From contig CAYGGT010000006.1 in assembly GCA_964349475.1 (NCBI GenBank), positions 1 to 42,113 on the forward strand: a stretch of 42,113 nucleotides of DNA. The letters run 5' to 3'. The notes beneath the pieces were generated by a model. That model saw only the letters and a list, made by a program, of their open reading frames with translations. It ran no database searches and had not been told where the DNA came from. The position numbers were made by a program, and so were the translations under genes. This document shows positions 33,832-42,113 of the stretch, in pieces (the stretch's first letter is position 1; each line of letters opens with the position of its first letter). The DNA is from an uncultured Rhodospirillaceae bacterium. GTDB taxonomy: Bacteria > Pseudomonadota > Alphaproteobacteria > Micavibrionales > UBA2020.

Positions 33832-34053
33832 TCAGCGCCGACCAATGGAAGCCTCCCAAAAATCACCGACATCTTGATTTACAGTCCGCCGGTGGCCCAG
33901 GGGTAGTATTCTGCGACCAAATTCGTTTACTTCCAAGGGCTCATCGGTATTAGCCGGGGCGTGGATCACAACAGGCGACAGGTCATAGCCGACCGATCTT
34001 TCCATCGCATCCCTGATTCGTCGCTCAGAGCTAAACCACTTCCAAAAATCCAT
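33832..34053 (-). CDS. Small hypothetical protein (73 aa), first gene behind a strong promoter
   Basis: The ATG at 34053 is preceded by GAGGAG and by a TTGACA-17-TATTGT promoter. I recognise no domain. Confidence 0.45.
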   Translation of the reverse strand: MDFWKWFSSERRIRDAMERSVGYDLSPVVIHAPANTDEPLEVNEFGRRILPLGHRRTVNQDVGDFWEASIGRR

Positions 34054-34077
34054 CGCGAATCTCCTCTTCTGGCCTAA

Positions 34078-34106
34078 ACAATAACAGAGTAATTACGTTA
34101 TGTCAA
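34078..34106 (-). promoter_or_regulatory. Near-consensus sigma70 promoter (TTGACA-17 nt-TATTGT)
   Basis: On the minus strand the -35 is TTGACA (34106-34101), the spacer is 17 nt, and the -10 is TATTGT (34083-34078). The RBS GAGGAG and the ATG at 34053 follow. Confidence 0.6.
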
Positions 34107-34126
34107 CTAATACTATCGCCCCCAAC

Positions 34127-34165
34127 AAAAAAGTCCGGCACTTCGAAAAGCGCCGGACTTTTTAT
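34127..34165 (-). terminator. Rho-independent terminator downstream of cspA (hairpin flanked by A/T runs on both sides)
   Basis: The sequence is aaaaaagtccggc-acttcgaaaagc-gccggactttttatt. The stem is GTCCGGC/GCCGGAC, followed by a U-run on the minus-strand transcript. Confidence 0.65.
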
Positions 34166-34182
34166 TCAGTTACCTGAAAGAC

Positions 34183-34386
34183 TTAAGCAGCCTGCAGGTT
34201 AGCAGCTGAGTTACGGCCTTTTTCAGATACGATATCGTAGCTGATTTTTTGACCTTCGTTCAGACCGCGCAGTCCCGCACGCTCAACAGCGCTGATGTGA
34301 ACAAACACATCAGGGCCGCCGTTGTCTGGCTGAATGAAACCAAAACCTTTTTGAGAGTTGAACCACTTAACTGTACCTTGTGCCAT
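34183..34386 (-). CDS. cspA: Cold-shock protein, CspA family
   Basis: The sequence [34 protein letters not shown] carries the RNP1/RNP2 motifs. The ATG at 34386 is preceded by AAAGGAGG. The ORF-track start at 34494 was discarded as an extension. Confidence 0.9.
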   Translation of the reverse strand: MAQGTVKWFNSQKGFGFIQPDNGGPDVFVHISAVERAGLRGLNEGQKISYDIVSEKGRNSAANLQAA

Positions 34387-34531
34387 ACTGGCCTCCTTTA
34401 GAAAACGCACTCTTCGTGCACGAAATTCACACAACCATTGTGCAAACTTAATATCCGAAAATAGCGACGTCTTGGAGAAAGCCTTTGACGGCAAGCAAAC
34501 AAGTCAGCACTTAACACTCTCGAACGTCCTC

Positions 34532-34560
34532 ACGTTACACGTATATAAAAGGTTTTGCAA
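34532..34560 (-). promoter_or_regulatory. Candidate cspA promoter (TTGCAA-17 nt-TAACGT) implying a long (about 140 nt) leader
   Basis: On the minus strand the -35 is TTGCAA (34560-34555), the spacer is 17 nt, and the -10 is TAACGT (34537-34532). The -10 is weak. Confidence 0.3.
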
Positions 34561-34639
34561 GAGTTCTTTTATAATTATTTGCATATTGACATAAACAGAA
34601 TCGGTTATACGATTGACGTTTATAAATGGAGAAATTCGG

Positions 34640-35308
34640 TTGTTTGCTCACCCGCCAAAGACAACGAAAAAAATAGCTTCTTTGTTAAAAAGATCCGCGC
34701 TATCGGCGGCGTTCTGTCTCGTCGCAGGATGCGCCAGTCAGGCGCCGCACCCTCCGTCGTTCCAACCGCTGACCAAGGGCGAAGTCGCCCTCGCCCAGAG
34801 CATTTTTGGCGACCAGGTGAACACGGCCATCGTTGGAAAGGTTTTTCAGCCCGATGAACGCCCTGATAACATGGCAGCCACTGTGTCTAACAGAAAATTG
34901 ATTTTCTTCCATGGGGAAAAATATCATTCGGCTGATTACAGCCAGGAAAACCGCGCCTTCCACTACGGCATCTTCCTGCACGAAATCACGCATATCTGGC
35001 AAAATCAAACCAGTCAGCCAGGACATTGCAAGCAATACCCGTATCCTCTTGCCGTGCACTCTCGCTTCAGCGATTACTGCAGGGAACAACAAGCCTCTAT
35101 TATAGAGGATTATGCGCGGCGGTTTCTTTTCCCGGCTGCTTCTCCCTCGCGCAACTACATCAGCCCTACCGGCCAAGACACCCCTGACAGCGACGCCTTG
35201 CTGCAAAAAGTCGTCGAAGACCGGTTCCCGCAAGCGCGGAAAACGCGGCTGGCGCTGCGGACTGCCGCGTACCCGATAAAAACCGCGGACGCCCGCTTGC
35301 GCCGGTAA
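34640..35308 (+). CDS. Lipoprotein with a zincin HExxH motif (DUF4157-like)
   Basis: A lipobox is present (AAFCLVAGCAS). The segment FGDQV..AATVSNRKLIFFHGEKY...GIFLHEITHIWQNQ resembles the DUF4157 zincin-like pattern as I recall it. The TTG at 34640 sits 7 nt after GGAGA and was preferred over the TTG at 34613. Confidence 0.55.
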   Translation: MFAHPPKTTKKIASLLKRSALSAAFCLVAGCASQAPHPPSFQPLTKGEVALAQSIFGDQVNTAIVGKVFQPDERPDNMAATVSNRKLIFFHGEKYHSADYSQENRAFHYGIFLHEITHIWQNQTSQPGHCKQYPYPLAVHSRFSDYCREQQASIIEDYARRFLFPAASPSRNYISPTGQDTPDSDALLQKVVEDRFPQARKTRLALRTAAYPIKTADARLRR

Positions 35309-35355
35309 CCCCATAAAACCATTGCAATTTCGTCACGCAACAGCTAGAGAAAGCC

Positions 35356-36783
35356 ATGGTAAAAAATGCGCGTACATACGGCCAAATTGACGGCCCTATC
35401 GTCATCATCGGCTTCGGGTCGATCGGCAGCGGCTGCCTGCCGCTGCTGGAAAGGCACTTTCAGTACGACCCCAAGCGCCTGACCGTCATCGATCCCGGTG
35501 AAAAAAACCGCGCGTTGCTGGATGAACGGGGAATCAACTTCGTGCAGCAGTCGATCACCCGCGACAACCACCGCGATGTGCTGACGCCGCTTTTGGCCGC
35601 CGGCGGTTTTTGCGTGAACCTTTCCGTCGATGTCGATTCTCTGGCGATCATGAAGTTCTGCCGCGAAATCGGCGCTTTTTACGTCGATACGGTGGTGGAA
35701 CCCTGGCCTGGCTTTTACTTCAATGAAAAAGCCGACACCGATGCGCGCACCAACTATATGCTGCGCGAAAAAATGCGCCGTGAAAAACAGCGCAGCCCCG
35801 GCGGCACCACCGCCGCTTCCTGCTGCGGCGCCAATCCCGGCATGGTGTCCTGGTTCGTCAAACAGGCGCTGCTGAACATCGCGACCGACCTGAACCTGTC
35901 TTTCAAGGAACCCACGACGCGGGCGGAATGGGCGAAGCTGATGCAGCAAACCGGCGTCAAGGGCATTCATATCGCGGAGCGCGACACACAGCGCTCAAAG
36001 TATCACAAAAAACACGACACCTTCGTCAACACCTGGTCGGTGGAAGGCTTTATCAGCGAGGGCCTACAACCGGCAGAACTCGGCTGGGGCACCCATGAAA
36101 AATGGCTGCCCCCCAATGCCCGCCATCATAAAGAAGGCTGTCAGGCCGCAATTTATCTTCTGCAGGCGGGCGCCAATACCCGCGTCCGCAGCTGGTGTCC
36201 GACGCCAGGGGCGCAACACGCTTTCCTGGTCACCCACAATGAAGCGATTTCAATCGCCGATTACTTTACCGTCGGTTCGGGCGCCGCGCCCGAATACCGC
36301 CCGACGTGCCATTACGCCTATCATCCCTGCAACGACGCCATTCTCTCCCTGCATGAAATGTTCGGCCGCGCCGGAAAGGCGCAGAAAGACTGCCACATCC
36401 TTGAAGAATCGGAAATCGAAGACGGCGGCGACGAACTGGGCGTGCTCCTCTACGGCCATGCCAAAAACGCCTATTGGTACGGCTCTCAGCTTTCCATCCA
36501 CGAAGCCCGAAAGCTCGCTCCGTATCAGAACGCCACCGGCTTGCAGGTGACGTCCGCTGTGATCGCCGCGATGGCCTGGGTGCTGGAAAACCCGGAAGCC
36601 GGCATTGTTGAATCCGACGAAATGGATTTCCGCCGCTGCCTTGACCTGCAGGCGCCCTACCTTGGCAAGCTCAGGGGACACTACACCGACTGGACGCCGC
36701 TGACCCATCGCCCCGGCCTTTTCGTGGAAGACCTTGACCAGGAAGACCCCTGGCAGTTCCGCAACGTGCTTGTGCGGAATTAA
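35356..36783 (+). CDS. hss: Homospermidine synthase
   Basis: It is collinear over its full length with bacterial homospermidine synthase as I recall it. Shared segments are IDGPIVIIGFGSIG, CCGANPGMVSWFVKQAL, GIHIAERDTQR, VTHNEAISIADY, YGHAKNAYWYGSQLSI and DPWQFRNVLV. Confidence 0.9.
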   Translation: MVKNARTYGQIDGPIVIIGFGSIGSGCLPLLERHFQYDPKRLTVIDPGEKNRALLDERGINFVQQSITRDNHRDVLTPLLAAGGFCVNLSVDVDSLAIMKFCREIGAFYVDTVVEPWPGFYFNEKADTDARTNYMLREKMRREKQRSPGGTTAASCCGANPGMVSWFVKQALLNIATDLNLSFKEPTTRAEWAKLMQQTGVKGIHIAERDTQRSKYHKKHDTFVNTWSVEGFISEGLQPAELGWGTHEKWLPPNARHHKEGCQAAIYLLQAGANTRVRSWCPTPGAQHAFLVTHNEAISIADYFTVGSGAAPEYRPTCHYAYHPCNDAILSLHEMFGRAGKAQKDCHILEESEIEDGGDELGVLLYGHAKNAYWYGSQLSIHEARKLAPYQNATGLQVTSAVIAAMAWVLENPEAGIVESDEMDFRRCLDLQAPYLGKLRGHYTDWTPLTHRPGLFVEDLDQEDPWQFRNVLVRN

Positions 36784-36804
36784 CGCAAAAATGCCTCAGG
36801 AATC

Positions 36805-38632
<1,828 letters not shown>

Positions 38633-38658
<26 letters not shown>

Positions 38659-39940
38659 TATCATCATCCCCGACGCCTCCGGCATCATCGCCGTCATCGG
38701 CGGCGGACCCGGCGGGTTGATGGCTGCCGAAACTCTTGCCGCAGCAGGGCTGCCGGTCACGGTGTATGAACGCAAGCCGACCCTGGGCCGCAAATTCCTG
38801 ATGGCCGGGCGCGGCGGGCTGAACCTGACGCACAGCGAGACGCCGGATACTTTCATGACGCGTTACGGCGCGGCCGCCTCGCGTCTTCGCGCGTGCATCG
38901 AAAATTTTCCGCCCTCAGCCTTGCGGGCCTGGTGCGAAGAGCTTGACCAGCCGACTTTCGTCGGCAGCAGCGGGCGCGTTTTCCCGGAAAGTTTCAAAGC
39001 TTCGCCGTTATTACGCGCCTGGCGCGCAAGACTTGACGGGCTTGGCGTGCGTTTCGTCTTTCAGCGCCAATGGCTGGGCTGGAACGACCAGAAAGATCTT
39101 GTTTTCTCCGCGCCCGGCGGGAAAACGGAAACAGTTGCCGCCACCGCGACCGTACTGGCGCTCGGCGGCGCTTCATGGCCGCGACTTGGCGCGGACGGCA
39201 GCTGGGTCGAAATTTTAAAACAACACGGCATTCCCGTGACGCCGCTGCGCCCCGCCAATTGCGGCTTTGCCGTGATGTGGTCGGAGGTTTTCCGCAGCCG
39301 TTTTGCAGGACATCCCATCAAACCCGTCCTCCTGTCTTTCGACGGCAATTCCGTTCCGGGTGAAGTGATGGTGACGGACAAAGGGCTGGAAGGCGGCGGC
39401 CTCTATGCCCTGTCGGCGCCGATCCGCGATGAAATCGAAAAAAGCGGCAGCGCCACGCTCACCCTGGACCTGCGCCCCGGCGTCGCCGTCGCCGACCTCG
39501 TCCGGCGCTTGAGCGAACCGCGCGGCACGCTGTCGTTTTCAAACTTCCTGCGCAAGGAAGGCGGGCTGTCGCCCGTCGCCGTCGCGCTGACGCGGGAAGT
39601 CGGCGGCAAGAATGCGGCGGCGCTTTCCCCTGCCGCACTCGCCAAACTGATCAAAACATTGCCTGTCAAACTGGAAGCCCCCTTCCCGCTCGACCGCGCC
39701 ATCTCCACCGCCGGCGGCATCGCGTTTGAAGCACTCGACGAGCATTTTATGCTCAAAAACAGGCCCGGCGTCTTCGCCGTCGGCGAAATGCTCGACTGGG
39801 AAGCGCCGACCGGAGGTTACTTGTTGCAGGCAACCTTCAGCACCGCGGTGGCGGCGGCTGAGAGGGTGATAAAATTAGGGTTTGACATGGAAAATAAGCG
39901 CGCCTACACTCCCCCTTTAAAGCAACAAATCAAGGAATAA
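38633..39940 (+). CDS. HI0933/BaiN-like flavoprotein (TIGR03862-type)
   Basis: It has the dinucleotide-binding motif IAVIGGGPGGLMAAE, then GRKFLMAGRGGLNLTH and a C-terminal GEMLDWEAPTGGYLLQ. It has a 26-nt overlap with the ABC-F gene. Confidence 0.75.
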
Positions 39941-39943
39941 AAA

Positions 39944-40282
39944 ATGGGCCTATCATCAGACGCACGTAAAACATTGCGTACAGCTGTGCTGTTAACAGGG
40001 CTGACGGCCTCCGTTTTCGGCTTCGCCGCGGTCTTTGGCAAAGCGTGGAACGGCAGTACCGACCCCGAAGGCGCCACCCGCGCCGTTGAACAACTGGGGC
40101 TTAAACAGGTAACGATCACAGGAAAGGGAGCGGCTTTCACGTGTGACGGCTACTACCGTACAAAATTTTCAGCCGTCAACGGCAACAATCAAAAAGTAGA
40201 AGGCATGGTTTGCCAACTCCCGAAATTTATGGGCCGTCCCCCGAACGTTATGGGCGATCCTGCGCATGTGCAGTTAAAATAA
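39944..40282 (+). CDS. Small membrane-anchored or exported hypothetical protein
   Basis: It has an N-terminal hydrophobic segment (AVLLTGLTASVFGFAAVFG) and two Cys in the mature part. I recognise no domain. Confidence 0.45.
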   Translation: MGLSSDARKTLRTAVLLTGLTASVFGFAAVFGKAWNGSTDPEGATRAVEQLGLKQVTITGKGAAFTCDGYYRTKFSAVNGNNQKVEGMVCQLPKFMGRPPNVMGDPAHVQLK

Positions 40283-40292
40283 TACGCGCCGT

Positions 40293-41363
40293 TTAACGCT
40301 GCAAAATCTTTTTAAGCGCATCGACCACCGCCTCATTATCCTCCGCTGTGCCGACGGTGATGCGCAAACACTGCGGCAAGTTGTAAACGCCCATCTGGCG
40401 GATGAAGATGGCTTTTTCTTTCAGGGTCAGGCGGATGTTTTCGGCCTGGGGACCGAACTCCACCAATAAAAAGTTCCCGACGCTGGGGTACACTTTCAGG
40501 GCCAGTTCCTGCAATTTTTCCGTCAGCCAGACGCGGCCTTCCCTGGCGAGAGCTGCCGATTTCTGGACAAATTCCTTGTCGGCAAGCGCCGCGATGCCGA
40601 CGGCCTGGGCCGGCACGCTGACATTGAACGGCCCGCGCACGCGGTTGATGACGCCCGCCACTTCCGGCGAAAAATATCCCCAGCCGAGGCGCAAGCCGGC
40701 AAGGCCGTGGATTTTTGAAAAGGTGCGCAGCATGACGACATTCGGATATTCATCGACCAGCGCGCGCCCGTCTTCGTAATCTTCCTCTTCGACAAATTCG
40801 GCATAAGCGGCGTCGATGACGAGCAAAACATGCTCCGGCATTTTTTCGCGCAACGCCCGCAATTCCACCCTGGTCAAATAACTGCCGGTCGGATTGTTGG
40901 GATTGGCCAGCAGCATGACTTTCGTTCTGGGAGTCACCGCTTTCAGCAGCGCCTGAATATCAGAGCGCAGGTTGATTTCCGGCGCCGCCACAGGCACGGC
41001 CCCCACAATCTTGGCGTTGATGGGATACATCAAAAATCCGTGTTCGCTATAGGCAACCTCATCCCCCGCCCCCGCATAGGCGCGCACAATGAGCGAGATC
41101 AGCTCGTCAGAGCCGGCGCCGCAGACGATGCGGTCTGGCTCCATTTGATTTTCACGGCCGAGTGCCGCGCGCAAATCTGCCACATTTCCGTCCGGGTAGC
41201 GGTGCAATCCTTCCGCTATTGCCAAATAAACGTCAAGGGCTTTCGGGCTGCATCCCAATGGATTTTCGTTCGAGGCGAGACGGATCGCTTTTTCCACGCG
41301 CCCCTCGCCGCCGACATAGGGCTTGATCTCGGAAATGCCGGGTTTGGGAATGGGAAGCGTCAT
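40293..41363 (-). CDS. hisC: Histidinol-phosphate aminotransferase
   Basis: The N-terminus is IKPYVGGEG with RLASNENPLG. The PLP lysine context is RTFSKIHGLAGLRLGW. The ATG at 41363 overlaps the upstream gene's stop as ATGA. The ORF-track extension to 41519 was discarded. Confidence 0.9.
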   Translation of the reverse strand: MTLPIPKPGISEIKPYVGGEGRVEKAIRLASNENPLGCSPKALDVYLAIAEGLHRYPDGNVADLRAALGRENQMEPDRIVCGAGSDELISLIVRAYAGAGDEVAYSEHGFLMYPINAKIVGAVPVAAPEINLRSDIQALLKAVTPRTKVMLLANPNNPTGSYLTRVELRALREKMPEHVLLVIDAAYAEFVEEEDYEDGRALVDEYPNVVMLRTFSKIHGLAGLRLGWGYFSPEVAGVINRVRGPFNVSVPAQAVGIAALADKEFVQKSAALAREGRVWLTEKLQELALKVYPSVGNFLLVEFGPQAENIRLTLKEKAIFIRQMGVYNLPQCLRITVGTAEDNEAVVDALKKILQR

Positions 41364-42094
41364 GGCGTTTCCACTCTGGAGAGCGGCTTCGGCGCTGTCA
41401 AGAACTGCCGCCGGATGGCGGGCGCCGATACCGGCGTTCCGGCATAAAGCTGCTTGGTCGCCTCGACGATGTTGACGCCGCCGAAAGCATTGCAGATCTT
41501 CTGTCCGATTTTCTCCCACAGCCCCGCCGTCACCAGCATCAGCCGGGAAGACGTCGGGGGGAAAAACAGCGCGCGCTCCGCCCGCTCCGGCACGAACATG
41601 TATTCCTTCAGGAAATGCCGGATCTGGCCCAGCGAGTAGGGCGTGCCGTGGCCGAACGGCGTATTGTCCATCCGCGCCCAGATGCCGGAGCGGTTGGGCA
41701 CGATCATCAGCAGACGCCCCTGGCCGACCAGCACGCGCCAGGCTTCCTGCAGGATCGCATCCAGACTTTCCGCGCTATTGAGCGCATGAACGACCAGCAG
41801 GCGGTCAACGGAATTCGTTTCGATCGGCAGCTCGCCTTCATTGCAAATGCTCACCAGCCCTTTTTCTTCCGGCGGCCAGAAGATGGCGCCCTGCTGCATC
41901 GGGATCAGACAGGCAACCCGCTCGGCTTCACCCATGAAAACCCGCAGATACGGCAGGACATAGCCCAGCCCCAGGATCCTCTGCCCCGTCACCTCCGGCC
42001 AGAAACCGCGGATCTGCTGGCGCAGGACGCGCTGCACGACTTTGCCCTGGAGCGTGTCGTAAAACTCTTTCAAATCGATTGATTTTGTATACAT
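41360..42094 (-). CDS. Methyltransferase-fold protein (class I SAM-dependent-like)
   Basis: SVDRLLVVHALNSAESLDAILQEAWRVLVGQGRLLMIVPN fits post-motif I-III of class I methyltransferases. The glycine-rich motif I is degenerate (ILGLGY). It is coupled to hisC. Confidence 0.45.
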   Translation of the reverse strand: MYTKSIDLKEFYDTLQGKVVQRVLRQQIRGFWPEVTGQRILGLGYVLPYLRVFMGEAERVACLIPMQQGAIFWPPEEKGLVSICNEGELPIETNSVDRLLVVHALNSAESLDAILQEAWRVLVGQGRLLMIVPNRSGIWARMDNTPFGHGTPYSLGQIRHFLKEYMFVPERAERALFFPPTSSRLMLVTAGLWEKIGQKICNAFGGVNIVEATKQLYAGTPVSAPAIRRQFLTAPKPLSRVETP

Positions 42095-42113
42095 GCCAAC
42101 AGAATGACCGTTA

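Noticed and set aside
29720-34165. A possible tRNA-Pro-associated genomic island covering the glycan genes and the PDE-like cassette.
   Set aside because: I could find no integrase, transposase or direct repeat of the tRNA 3' end. A core NDUFS4-like gene sits immediately after the tRNA. The evidence is insufficient to call a mobile element.

Overview
This is a chromosomal segment of a GC-rich alphaproteobacterium. The lineage call rests on a Caulobacter-type fliF-fliG-fliH-fliN-flbD gene order, homospermidine synthase, an NDUFS4-like complex I protein, a one-cysteine DksA and TTAA-N7-TTAA (CtrA-type) boxes. Most of the window is core metabolism and envelope: aroC (partial), fabI, an M23 peptidase, pepA divergent from lptF-lptG, mlaA-mlaC, an argE-like gene, an M50/CBS protease, dksA, tRNA-Met(CAU), prpB/prpC, tRNA-Pro(UGG), cspA, hss, an ABC-F ATPase, a TIGR03862-type flavoprotein and hisC. 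The centre (17161-27742, minus strand) is a tightly packed nine-gene flagellar block, fliF-fliG-fliH-fliN-flbD-flhA-flhF-flhG-fliK. An AT-rich divergent control region separates it from a flaG-like gene. I saw no CRISPR array, transposase, integrase or rRNA. The items most worth a second look are these. (1) An ORF next to the flagellar genes fuses an MshEN/T2SSE_N-like tandem motif (a putative c-di-GMP receptor) to a LapG-type transglutaminase-like cysteine protease. (2) A strongly promoted cassette encodes two tiny proteins plus an HD protein with the eukaryote-type class I cyclic-nucleotide phosphodiesterase signature. (3) A small accessory islet (unknown protein, ankyrin-repeat protein, variant Nudix) carries Lys/Pro-rich basic C-terminal tails and a perfect CtrA-type box. 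(4) Two paralogous proteins of unknown function lie 6 kb apart. (5) A 52-aa YjfB-like motility ORF, below the ORF-track cutoff, is wedged antisense between prpB and prpC behind a CtrA-type box. (6) lptG contains an in-frame 27-bp tandem repeat. All functional calls come from reading motifs in the translations by eye. No database search was run.
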